A DNA stretch of 64,000 bases, taken from the NCBI GenBank assembly GCA_947053645.1, contig CAMRTM010000002.1:64041-128040 (forward strand). Reading direction: 5' to 3'. This DNA comes from an uncultured Bacillota bacterium (lineage in GTDB: Bacteria > Bacillota > Clostridia > Christensenellales > UBA1242). Positions within the stretch are counted from its first letter, which is position 1. Each line of letters starts with the position of its first letter. Position numbers and translations under genes: made by a program. Of the stretch, positions 46,201-54,141 are shown one piece after another. The notes below the pieces were generated by a model that was not told where the DNA came from, made no database searches, and saw only the letters and a list, made by a program, of their open reading frames with translations.

Positions 46201-46344
46201 AATATGCTGTTGAGCTTCATGCAAAAAATTAAAGCAGAGGTGCTTATTAAGCGTGCGGTTGAGAAAATCGACAAGCCAACTATTGAGAAAAACATTGAGG
46301 TTGGAAACAGTTTCATTATAACAAAACTTATAAAGGCGGATTAA
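43228..46344 (+). CDS. ileS: isoleucine--tRNA ligase, type 2 (long form), with non-canonical HIGH and KMSKS motifs
   Basis: 1038 aa. Editing-domain WTTTPWTLSAN and WCPRCGTSLSDHE are present. The HIGH position reads GVHH (PATANNRLGVHHFWGR) and the KMSKS position reads EFHKS. Confidence 0.85.
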   Translation: MKKEQSLPNFVELEHSILNFWEQNKSFEKLKKQNEGQERFRFLDGPATANNRLGVHHFWGRTLKDMTIRYNALKGRDCQYQNGFDGQGLWVEVEVEKALGLNGKPEILKYGLDNFTKKSMERVAHFGNEITKQSIRMGQWMDWENSYYTNTDENITSIWHFLKKCDEKGWIVKKNRPMAWCPRCGTSLSDHETSSSYHEVEHTAVFVKLPVKGKDFKLVAWTTTPWTLSANVALAVNPEFKYVKVNFHGDNIVLGKDRLSILKEKVEILEEFNGSDLVGLEYETCFPELSEQNFTHKIVAWDEVANSEGTCVVHIAPGCGTEDFELGQKLGLPEICPINEQGVLLDNTGFIAGKKTTDVPQMVVDRLEKDGKLLYAHRYKHSYPYCWRCKTDLVYKLISSWFIKMEEIRPLALKAIEDVTFKPDYAKKRMADWLANMGDWNISRSRFYGLPLPFYICPKCNKVHVIGSLDELRKRAVDPSLVDKMPNLHRPWIDEIQIKCECGEIISRVPEVGDAWLDAGITPFSTKKYFTDKKFFKENFPSQYVCEMIEQIKLWFYSLLIMSVVLTGKAPYEKVVTYQYVKDEHGGEFHKSGGNSLEADKVADEVGADVIRYLYCASSPANDMRFGYTLTDEARRKLLGFWNVYTFFNTYACIDNPDISGFTPEENDLKFADKWIIESVNNFIKNCDDYYADDKNWLVVRDFEKLVDDISNFYIRSNRKRFWKSENKRDQLTAYWCLYYAIKSLVRVMTPIIPFVTEYIWQNMVREIEKNEKECIMLAGYPTRIYNQNFEGVIEITEVARNIMSTAQRLRNEHQIKVKQPLRKMYIAGDNTQRVIEDMGEVIKDELNIKELEIVTDDSKFNDEYLSVNFKKAGAVLKGEVQKLKTTLGTLSDEEMKAVMVGYYLGKVDVGEFKGLASELFNLEKKPKEDFVIAHENANTVVLDINLDKALIEEGLYREFVRGLQVLRKEADFAIDDRLYAYFETADDDLANMLLSFMQKIKAEVLIKRAVEKIDKPTIEKNIEVGNSFIITKLIKAD

Positions 46345-46346
46345 GA

Positions 46347-47192
46347 ATGAAGATAGCAGATTCGTGGCAGGACTATAAAGTACTGGCAACTGGTGATGGC
46401 GAAAAATTGGAAAGGTGGGGGAGTGTCACACTCCTTCGCCCAGACCCACAAGCCATTTGGCATGCACAAAGAAATTTATCAAAGACAAAGGGGCTTGATG
46501 CTCATTACCTTCGTGAAAGTACAGGCGGCGGACGCTGGGAATATATAAATAAAGTGCCACTCCAGTGGACAATTTCTTGGCAGGGAATAAAGTTTATAAT
46601 AAAACCCATGGGCTTTAAACATACCGGACTTTTTCCAGAACAAGCAGTGAACTGGGCGGAAATGATGAATTTAATAAAAAATTCAAATCGTCCAATTAAG
46701 ATTTTAAATCTGTTTGCCTATACTGGCGGTGCCTCTGTTGCTTGTGCCAAAGCGGGGGCAAGCGTGACGCACATTGATGCTAGTAAAGGCATGGTGGAAC
46801 GCGCAAAAGAGAACGCACAGATAAATGGTATTTCAAACATCCGCTTTATTGTGGACGATTGCGAAAAATTTATTGAAAGGGAAATTCGTAGAGGCAACAC
46901 CTATGATGCCATTATAATGGACCCACCAAGTTATGGCAGAGGGCCAAATGGTGAGATGTGGAAACTTGAAGATAAACTTTTTGACTTTGTTTCGCTTACC
47001 AAAAAAGTGCTTTCAAATAATCCACTGTTTGTGCTTATAAATTCTTATACAACAGGACTTCAAGCCAGTGTGCTAAGTAATATTCTCACGCTTGTATTTG
47101 GCAAGGGCGGAATAGATGCTGACGAGGTTGGACTTCCCACCGATGAGGGCATTGTCCTTCCATGCGGTGCAAGAGGATTAAAAATCTTTTAA
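46347..47192 (+). CDS. class I SAM-dependent methyltransferase (COG1092 / RlmI-like, no PUA domain)
   Basis: GDGEKLERWG N-terminus, LNLFAYTGGASVA SAM motif and IIMDPPSYGRG motif IV. Confidence 0.7.
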   Translation: MKIADSWQDYKVLATGDGEKLERWGSVTLLRPDPQAIWHAQRNLSKTKGLDAHYLRESTGGGRWEYINKVPLQWTISWQGIKFIIKPMGFKHTGLFPEQAVNWAEMMNLIKNSNRPIKILNLFAYTGGASVACAKAGASVTHIDASKGMVERAKENAQINGISNIRFIVDDCEKFIEREIRRGNTYDAIIMDPPSYGRGPNGEMWKLEDKLFDFVSLTKKVLSNNPLFVLINSYTTGLQASVLSNILTLVFGKGGIDADEVGLPTDEGIVLPCGARGLKIF

Positions 47193-47220
47193 TTGAGTTA
47201 TTTAGTCAAGAGGAATAATT

Positions 47221-47616
47221 ATGATAAATCCAGATAATAAAACAAATTTATTGCAAGAAGTCAAGTTAACAAAATATGTTAATTTAATTGAAAACAACCC
47301 TTGTCATATTGCAACTATAAACAAGGACAACATTCCTAATTTATGTGTAGCTTCTGATGTGAAAGTTTTAGATGATGAAACAATTTTGATATCTAACAAT
47401 GAAATGATACACACTCCAGATAATATTATTGTAAATCATAGTGTGGTTTTAACTTCTTTTAATGATAAGTGGGCAGGTTTAAGGTTAACAGGAAAGGCAA
47501 GTTATTATACACATGGGAAATATTTTGACATTTGTAACAAACTTTTTAACAATGAAACTGCAACTCCAAAAGGCGTAATAATTGTTAAGGTAAAGCAAGT
47601 GGAAGCAATTGCTTGA
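47221..47616 (+). CDS. pyridoxamine 5'-phosphate oxidase-like FMN-binding family protein (tentative)
   Basis: 131 aa with a split-barrel-like pattern (CHIATINKDNIPNLCVASDVKVLDDETILISNN). Assignment is weak. Confidence 0.4.
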   Translation: MINPDNKTNLLQEVKLTKYVNLIENNPCHIATINKDNIPNLCVASDVKVLDDETILISNNEMIHTPDNIIVNHSVVLTSFNDKWAGLRLTGKASYYTHGKYFDICNKLFNNETATPKGVIIVKVKQVEAIA

Positions 47617-47644
47617 AAAGGCAAATTTATAGAAGGATTAAAAA

Positions 47645-48343
47645 ATGGAAAATTTAAATGTTTTATATGAAGATAATCAGGTGATTGTGGTGGTCAAGCC
47701 ACAAAATATGCCTTCGCAGGCCGATGAGAGCGGAGATATGGATTTATTGTCACTTGTAAAGGCTTATGTCAAAGAGAAATATAACAAGCAGGGCGAGGCG
47801 TTTATTGGGCTTGTACATAGGCTTGATAGACCCACTGGCGGAGTTATGGTGTTTGCGCGTAATTCAAAGTCTGCAAGCAGGCTGTCGGCACAACTCGTTT
47901 CTCATGAAATGAAAAAGACATATTATGCGGTGACAAATGGCGTGCCACAGATAAAATCGGGGAGCCTTGTGAATTATCTTAAAAAGGATGAAAAAGAAAA
48001 CATTGTCAAGATTGTTCCGCAGAGTGAGCAAGGCGTTAAGAAAGCCGAACTAAACTACAAAGTGCTTCAAAATGATGAGAAAAATGCTTTACTTGAAGTG
48101 AACATTCTTACCGGCAGAAGCCACCAAATCCGTGTGCAGTTTGCAGGAATTGGATGTCCACTTTTTGGCGATAATAAGTACGGCAAAGATAAAACTAGGG
48201 CAAGCAAGAATCTCGGACTTTGGGCAGGAAAACTTGAATTTACTCATCCAGTAAGCAAGCAAAAAATGTTTTTTGCCTGTCCTCCAGATTTGGCAAGCGA
48301 GCCATGGAATAAATACTATATGGACAAATATTTTATTAGATAG
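47645..48343 (+). CDS. RluA family pseudouridine synthase
   Basis: Catalytic HRLDRPTGGVMVFARN and TGRSHQIRVQ motifs. Confidence 0.9.
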   Translation: MENLNVLYEDNQVIVVVKPQNMPSQADESGDMDLLSLVKAYVKEKYNKQGEAFIGLVHRLDRPTGGVMVFARNSKSASRLSAQLVSHEMKKTYYAVTNGVPQIKSGSLVNYLKKDEKENIVKIVPQSEQGVKKAELNYKVLQNDEKNALLEVNILTGRSHQIRVQFAGIGCPLFGDNKYGKDKTRASKNLGLWAGKLEFTHPVSKQKMFFACPPDLASEPWNKYYMDKYFIR

Positions 48344-48352
48344 GGGGCGAAA

Positions 48353-50116
48353 ATGAAAACAAGAAGTCAAATTCCAGAAAAATACAAATGGGATTTATCA
48401 TATTTTTGCAAAAGTGAAGAAGAATTTGAAGAAAAGTTTGCTAAGGCTGAAAAAATGCTTGAAAAAGGCGACAAATTTAAAGGTAAACTTAAAGATAAAA
48501 AAGAACTTATCGCATTGCTGAAATATGAAAGAGAGTTTGACGAACTTGTTTCCCCTTTTATTTTCTACTATCACAATATAAAGAATGTGGACTTGTCAAA
48601 TTCTGCGGTTGCAGAGAAGGTTGCAAGATGCAGTAATCTTCTTACAAAGTATAGCCAAAAGATGAGTTATGTGCATCCTGAAATGTCAAAACTAAGTGAT
48701 AAGTATTTAGATGAACTTATTCTAGACCCAAAACTTAAAGAATATGACTACACCTTCCGACAAATCAAAAAGCACAAAAAACACGCATTAAGTGAAAGTG
48801 ACGCAAAATTAATGGCGGGAATAAATTTCGCAAATTTTGACGATATTTTCTCACTTTTCAGTGATGTTGGCTTGAAATATGAGGACGCTGTGGACAGCAA
48901 GGGCAAAAAGCATGAACTTACCGATGCCAGCCGTTCGCTGTATATGGAAAGCCGAGATGAGGCGCTACGAAAGTCAGCCTCGCTTAACACACATAAAGCC
49001 TATGGACAGTTTATCGACTTTTTAAGCGAGAACTATATCTGTGAAGTAAAGAAAGAGGTTTTTGGTGCAAGGGTGGCAAAATATGACAGCACTATAGAGG
49101 ATTACCTTGATGATGAGGATGTAAGCCGTAAAATCTATGATATGCTGACAAAGAAAGTCAACGAGAATATTCCACTTATCAATGAGTTTTTCTCACTAAA
49201 AAAGAAAAAATTGGGAATGAAAACTTTACACAACTATGACCTTTATGTTCCAGTAGGGAAAAAAGGTGCAAGCAAATATACCTTTGAAGAAGGTGTGGAG
49301 GTAATAAAAAAAGCCCTTGCAACATTAGGCGAAGATTATGTAAATGAAATTCAGAATACCGTGGATGAAAGGCGTATTGATTGTTTCCCAAGCCTTAATA
49401 AATATTCAGGGGCATATGAAAACGCAATATATGGCTATCCACCAGTGGTACTTACAAATTATGTGGGAAATCTCTCCGCAGTGTCTACACTCGCGCATGA
49501 ACTTGGGCATGCAATGCAGTCCTACTATTCCAACAAAACTCAGCCACATGCAAAGGCAGGGTATCCTATCTTCTTAGCAGAGATAGCAAGTACGACAAAT
49601 GAATTATTATTATCAAACTATCTATTATCTTCTCTTCCAGAAAAGGAAAGATTGAATGTCCTTGATGACCTACTTGCTGGGGTACAATCGACGATATTTA
49701 GACAGATGATGTTTTCCGAGTTCGAGAAATATGCAATAGAGGAAATCGAAGGCGACAGAACTCTTGACAAAGACAAACTTTGCGGGAAATATTTTGAACT
49801 ATGCAAAAAGTATATGCCAAAACTTAGCCTGTTACCCGAACTGAAATATGAATGGGCAAGAGTACCTCATTTCTTTATGGGCTTCTATGTTTACAAATAT
49901 GCTATTGGTATGATTTGCGCCCTCAACTTTTCAAGCAGAATACTTGCAGGGGAAGAAGGGGTTATCGAAAAGTATAAAGGCTATCTTTCAGCAGGTGGAA
50001 GCAAGACGCCGAACGAAATTTTAAAGGATGCAGGTTGTGACCTTGAAGATGAGGCAACCTATGACCGTGCGTTTGAACTTGTAAGGAAATATATAAAGGA
50101 ATATAAAAAGTTATAA
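48353..50116 (+). CDS. pepF: oligoendopeptidase F (M3B)
   Basis: 587 aa. HELGHAM zinc motif with a downstream E (LAEIAST). Confidence 0.9.
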   Translation: MKTRSQIPEKYKWDLSYFCKSEEEFEEKFAKAEKMLEKGDKFKGKLKDKKELIALLKYEREFDELVSPFIFYYHNIKNVDLSNSAVAEKVARCSNLLTKYSQKMSYVHPEMSKLSDKYLDELILDPKLKEYDYTFRQIKKHKKHALSESDAKLMAGINFANFDDIFSLFSDVGLKYEDAVDSKGKKHELTDASRSLYMESRDEALRKSASLNTHKAYGQFIDFLSENYICEVKKEVFGARVAKYDSTIEDYLDDEDVSRKIYDMLTKKVNENIPLINEFFSLKKKKLGMKTLHNYDLYVPVGKKGASKYTFEEGVEVIKKALATLGEDYVNEIQNTVDERRIDCFPSLNKYSGAYENAIYGYPPVVLTNYVGNLSAVSTLAHELGHAMQSYYSNKTQPHAKAGYPIFLAEIASTTNELLLSNYLLSSLPEKERLNVLDDLLAGVQSTIFRQMMFSEFEKYAIEEIEGDRTLDKDKLCGKYFELCKKYMPKLSLLPELKYEWARVPHFFMGFYVYKYAIGMICALNFSSRILAGEEGVIEKYKGYLSAGGSKTPNEILKDAGCDLEDEATYDRAFELVRKYIKEYKKL

Positions 50117-50139
50117 AAAAAGAGGTTTAACCTCTTTTT

Positions 50140-50346
50140 TTAATCTTCAAGACCGAGTAAATAATCAGTAGTGACACTAAAAAATTTAGCCAATACGATT
50201 AAATTGTCGCTACTAATATCAGTGGTGTTGTTTTCCCACTGACAAATTGCCGTAGTGCTTAATCCTGTAGCTTGGCTCAGTCCTTTCATAGATAACTTAG
50301 CATCTGTTCTTAATTCTTTTAATTTTTCTGCAAATTTTCTTTTCAT
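50140..50346 (-). CDS. XRE family transcriptional regulator
   Basis: LKELRTDAKLSMKGLSQATGLSTTAICQWEN. 68 aa. Confidence 0.85.
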   Translation of the reverse strand: MKRKFAEKLKELRTDAKLSMKGLSQATGLSTTAICQWENNTTDISSDNLIVLAKFFSVTTDYLLGLED

Positions 50347-50449
50347 GTTTATATTATATTCTTTTTTGCGAATAAAATGGTTGACATTCTTTATAAAGTA
50401 TGATATTTTTATATATATTCTTAATAAAGAATATAAAGGAGGTGAGAAA

Positions 50450-50686
50450 ATGTATGGAATAGAAAAAATTGCAGAAATTCTTTATCAAGCATATGAAGCG
50501 AAATATAGAGAAAAGAGAGTGGAGATAGAAGGCTTGGAGGAAAGTTTTCAAAAATTATGTGGTATGCTTAATCATGAACAAAAGAATGCTTTGATGGATT
50601 ATGACGATTTAGATACTGAATTTTTAATAAAAAGTCAAAAAGAAGTAATTCAATATATACTTGAACTTTTATGTCCAGAAGATTAA
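50450..50686 (+). CDS. hypothetical small protein, divergent from the XRE gene
   Basis: AAAGGAGGTGA Shine-Dalgarno before ATG 50450. 78 aa, helical and acidic. Confidence 0.55.
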   Translation: MYGIEKIAEILYQAYEAKYREKRVEIEGLEESFQKLCGMLNHEQKNALMDYDDLDTEFLIKSQKEVIQYILELLCPED

Positions 50687-50716
50687 AAAACTACCTTAAA
50701 GGTAGTCTTTTATATT

Positions 50717-50953
50717 TTAGCAGAAATTTTTTGCTATCATCATCCCTGCGAGGAAGTAAATGGCAGAGCAGGGAATTTGAATGTTAAAACTTCCGCACCT
50801 ACAAGGTGATTGCCATTGTGGCTGGCAAGGCGGAAATGGAATAGGTGGAAAGGGTGGGAAGAAGGGAGGATTTCCACATTCGCAGTTAGGGGGATTGTGA
50901 CAGCCACGAAGGTCGACAAAACATCCCTGTCTATAATCGCAATTATTACACAT
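50717..50953 (-). CDS. small Cys/Pro-rich protein with a hydrophobic C-terminus
   Basis: AAGGAGG Shine-Dalgarno before the second Met (MCNNCDYRQGC...). 12 Cys in 78 aa, a PPFFPPFPPIPFPPCQP tract and the C-terminal hydrophobic segment AIYFLAGMMIA. Confidence 0.55.
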   Translation of the reverse strand: MCNNCDYRQGCFVDLRGCHNPPNCECGNPPFFPPFPPIPFPPCQPQWQSPCRCGSFNIQIPCSAIYFLAGMMIAKNFC

Positions 50954-51002
50954 ATATGCCTCCTTTAGCATTTAATGGGGCTTCACTTAATAAATTAGTA
51001 TT

Positions 51003-52007
51003 GTGAAAAAGTCTTTTCTAGCATTTTTAATTACAATAGGTACTGTGATAGGGTCTGGTTTTTTAAGTGGCAAAGAAATTGTTGTCTTTTTTTCCCGCTT
51101 TGGAAAATTTTCCTATCTTTGTATTGGGCTTGCTTTCTTTTTGTTTTGGGGGATTTTTTACTTTATGTTTAATGCAGGGGAAAAAGCATTAAACCGTTTA
51201 AACAAATCTAAGTTTTCCACCTTTTTTAATATTACCATATGTTTTACTCTTTCCTCTGCCATGTTTGCAGGTTGTTTTGAAAGCGTTTCCTTTGCGGGTA
51301 ATATAGGTGGTTTTCTTATTATGGCAGTGGTGGTCGCAATCTGCTTTTACATTACAAAACATGGACTTGGCGTGTTAGAAAAAATAAATGTCATTCTTGT
51401 GCCAATCATGATTGCAATCATTATTATTTGCGAAAGCCCAATGTTAAGTTTTAAAAACTTTTTGGATTATTCCAGTTCCATTAAGTATGCTGGTATTTTC
51501 TATGCTATTTTTTATGTCCTTCTTAATGCGTCAAATTCAAGTGTTCTTCTTGCACATCTGGGAGGAGGGCTTACAAAAAGGCAAAAAGCACGAGTAAGTT
51601 TTTGTTCTGCACTCGTACTTTGCCTAATTTTACTTCTCACAAACAGCGTTTTGCTTTCTAATGCTCACGCCTTTAATGAGGATATGCCTCTTCTTTCTCT
51701 ATTTACAGGCTCTAAGAGGATTTTAATGCAAATAGTAATTTTATTTGGGTGTATTACAACACTTTTTTCACTCGTTTTTACACTCTCTCGCTCTCTTGGA
51801 GGGCTAATTAAAAGCGAGGGGGTAAGAAGTATTATTACTGTTGTCACACCTTTTGCCATAAGTTTTGTAGGCTTTGGCAGTATCGTTGCATATTTCTATC
51901 CAATTTCAAGCGTGCTTGGTGGGGCATTACTCATAGATTTATTTTTGCTGCCTTTTTTCAAGCAGGCTTACAAGACCATACATTCCCGCCGCAAGCAAGC
52001 AAAGTAG
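51003..52007 (+). CDS. YkvI-like polytopic membrane protein (transporter-like)
   Basis: GTG start. 334 aa with about 10 TM segments. The N-terminus FLITIGTVIGSGFLSGKEIVVFF is typical of the YkvI family. Confidence 0.5.
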   Translation: MKKSFLAFLITIGTVIGSGFLSGKEIVVFFSRFGKFSYLCIGLAFFLFWGIFYFMFNAGEKALNRLNKSKFSTFFNITICFTLSSAMFAGCFESVSFAGNIGGFLIMAVVVAICFYITKHGLGVLEKINVILVPIMIAIIIICESPMLSFKNFLDYSSSIKYAGIFYAIFYVLLNASNSSVLLAHLGGGLTKRQKARVSFCSALVLCLILLLTNSVLLSNAHAFNEDMPLLSLFTGSKRILMQIVILFGCITTLFSLVFTLSRSLGGLIKSEGVRSIITVVTPFAISFVGFGSIVAYFYPISSVLGGALLIDLFLLPFFKQAYKTIHSRRKQAK

Positions 52008-52742
52008 TGCAATACTTGTCATTACCACATCAAGTTTCAACATTTGACTTCCGTAATTTATTAGGTAGCCAAGTCCTGCTTTACTAGATAGGTATTCACC
52101 CATCACAGTGCCAACCCATGCCATTCCGACATTGATTTTAAGCACTGAGATAAACTCTGGCAGGGCACTTGGCAATACAAGTTTAGTCAGTATTTGCCAT
52201 TTATTTGCTCGCATTGATTTCATGAGAAGCATTTTATCTTGGTCACATGAAATGAATGCATTAAGCATGGAAATTATGGTTATAACAAGGCATATCAGTA
52301 CGCACATTACGACGGTAGCCGAAGTGCCTGAGCCAACCCAAAATATTATCATAGGGCCGAGTGCGATTTTTGGCAAACTGTTAAGTATGATAAGGTATGG
52401 CTCCATGGTGCGCCTAAGTTTTTCGCTCCACCAAAGCATAATCGCGATTGCAACACCAAGCACTATTGCTATGACGAAGCCGATTATTGTTTCATACAGG
52501 GAGGTCCATATATGCAAGAAAAGATTTCCATTCACCACAAGGTCAGCAAGTGTTACAGCGATTCGAGATGGGCTCGAGAAGAAAAATGGGTCTATCGCGC
52601 CGGTCGCGGCAAGAAGTTCCCATAATCCTAAGAAGGACACGAAAAGGGTTATTTGCCAAAAAATGACGATAATTTTATCTTTTCTCAGCCTTTTTAAGTA
52701 TTTTTCATGGGCTTTTGATAGATTTAGTTGTTTCTTTTTCAT
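51939..52742 (-). CDS. ABC transporter permease (NitT/TauT family)
   Basis: 267 aa. EAA-like loop region MKSMRANKWQILTKLVLPSALPE. Confidence 0.85.
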   Translation of the reverse strand: MKKKQLNLSKAHEKYLKRLRKDKIIVIFWQITLFVSFLGLWELLAATGAIDPFFFSSPSRIAVTLADLVVNGNLFLHIWTSLYETIIGFVIAIVLGVAIAIMLWWSEKLRRTMEPYLIILNSLPKIALGPMIIFWVGSGTSATVVMCVLICLVITIISMLNAFISCDQDKMLLMKSMRANKWQILTKLVLPSALPEFISVLKINVGMAWVGTVMGEYLSSKAGLGYLINYGSQMLKLDVVMTSIALLCLLAAGMYGLVSLLEKRQQK

Positions 52743-53496
52743 TGGTAAGATTTCTCCATATCATTTCAAAATGCTTGCCAAAATCTTTATCCTCGCGTTT
52801 TGCAAGCGGGGTTGAACCAGAGAGATTTAAGTCTACCACTTCTTTCACGGTGGCTGGACGGAAAGTCAAAATGACAATTCTGTCTGATAAAGATATCGCT
52901 TCCGAGATGTCGTGTGTTACTAGAAGGGCGGTTTTCTTTTCCTTTTTGATGATATCATAAACATCATCGCAAACCTTTAATCTAGTTTGAAAGTCCAGTG
53001 CTGAAAAAGGTTCGTCAAGAAGAAGTAGGTTTGGTTCAAGGACGAGGGTGCGAATAAGTGCCACTCTTTGCCTCATACCACCGCTTAGCGTGCGAGGTTT
53101 TTTATTTTTGAAGCCGTAGAGGTCGTATTTCTTTAAGAGTTCTTCTGCAAGAGCGATTTTTTTAGGGTCTTTATTCTTCTTTTGTATTTCTAGCCCCAGC
53201 ATAATGTTTTGCCAGATAGTTCGCCATTCAAATAGATGGTCGCGTTGGAACATATAGCCGATACGAGGGTCATTTTTAGCGATAGGTTTCTCTTGTAAAC
53301 ATATCTGACCACTTGTCGCTTCAAGGAGTCCTGCGGTAAGGGACAGGATGGTTGTTTTTCCACAACCGCTTGGTCCAACTATGGAGGCAAATTGTAATTC
53401 ATCTATTTCAAAGGAAACATTATTCAGGGCATGGATTTCATGCTCTTTTGTTTGATAAAAGTAGGTTACATCTTTAAACTCTAAAAATTTTTCCAT
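52705..53496 (-). CDS. ABC transporter ATP-binding protein (NitT/TauT family)
   Basis: Walker A GPSGCGKTT, signature LSGGMRQRV, Walker B LLLLDEPFSALD. Confidence 0.92.
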   Translation of the reverse strand: MEKFLEFKDVTYFYQTKEHEIHALNNVSFEIDELQFASIVGPSGCGKTTILSLTAGLLEATSGQICLQEKPIAKNDPRIGYMFQRDHLFEWRTIWQNIMLGLEIQKKNKDPKKIALAEELLKKYDLYGFKNKKPRTLSGGMRQRVALIRTLVLEPNLLLLDEPFSALDFQTRLKVCDDVYDIIKKEKKTALLVTHDISEAISLSDRIVILTFRPATVKEVVDLNLSGSTPLAKREDKDFGKHFEMIWRNLTNEKETTKSIKSP

Positions 53497-53578
53497 TTGA
53501 ATTACCTCTACATTACCATTCTATAAATTTATTTCTCTTTTGTGACAATCTCACTTAAAAATTTTTTGGCACAAACTA

Positions 53579-53607
53579 TTGCAATGTCAAAAAGCGGGGT
53601 TTACAAT
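53579..53607 (+). promoter_or_regulatory. sigmaA-type promoter in front of the phage-like operon
   Basis: TTGCAA, 17-nt spacer, TACAAT. Lies 33 nt upstream of GTG 53640, which has an AAGGAGGG Shine-Dalgarno. Confidence 0.55.
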
Positions 53608-53639
53608 TTGGGTACAAGCCGGCGAAAAGGAGGGCAAAG

Positions 53640-53933
53640 GTGGATGATGAAGAACAAGAAATAAAAAAAGCACTACTAAAAAAAGCCCTAGGCTATATGG
53701 CTGACGAAGTCGTAGAAGAATATGTGCTGGGTGAGGATGGCGAGGAAAAACTTAGCAAAAGAAAGGTTACTAAAAAACATGTTAGTCCTGATATTTCAGC
53801 AATACGAGTTTTTCTAGAGCGATATGATACAGATCTTTCCAGCCAAATAAAAAATATGACTGATGAAGAACTTTATGAAGAAAAGTCGAAACTTCTAAAG
53901 TTATTAAAGGAGGAATATGATGGAAATTTATGA
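53640..53933 (+). CDS. short terminase-small-subunit-like protein
   Basis: 97 aa. ALGYMADEVVEEY....GEEKLSKRKVTKKHVSPDISAIRVFLERYD resembles the ..A.GY..EE.....G.......K...PPD..A..FWLKNR.. segment of Firmicutes phage TerS proteins. Confidence 0.45.
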   Translation: MDDEEQEIKKALLKKALGYMADEVVEEYVLGEDGEEKLSKRKVTKKHVSPDISAIRVFLERYDTDLSSQIKNMTDEELYEEKSKLLKLLKEEYDGNL

Positions 53934-54141
53934 GTGTAAACAGAAGGTTAAGTGCGACTTTGCAGGTTGCAAGAATGTTGCTGACTATTCTCTCGTCAAG
54001 GCTGGACTACTTAGGCGAGATATCTGCCTATGCAAGGAGTGCATGGGGGAAATGTACGATTGCATTTCTAAGGTGAGAGTGCCTAAGGCAATCGAAAGTC
54101 CATTCAAATTAAATAAGAGGTTAAAGAAAGATGAAAAGTAA
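53917..54141 (+). CDS. small four-Cys (zinc-ribbon-like) phage protein
   Basis: 74 aa. CDFAGC...CLCKEC. Overlaps both neighbouring ORFs. Confidence 0.5.
   Translation: MMEIYECKQKVKCDFAGCKNVADYSLVKAGLLRRDICLCKECMGEMYDCISKVRVPKAIESPFKLNKRLKKDEK

Noticed and set aside
52108-52815. 235-aa plus-strand ORF opposite the ABC permease and ATPase genes
   Set aside because: Antisense to two genes that carry clear ABC motifs. Its composition is typical of a shadow frame.
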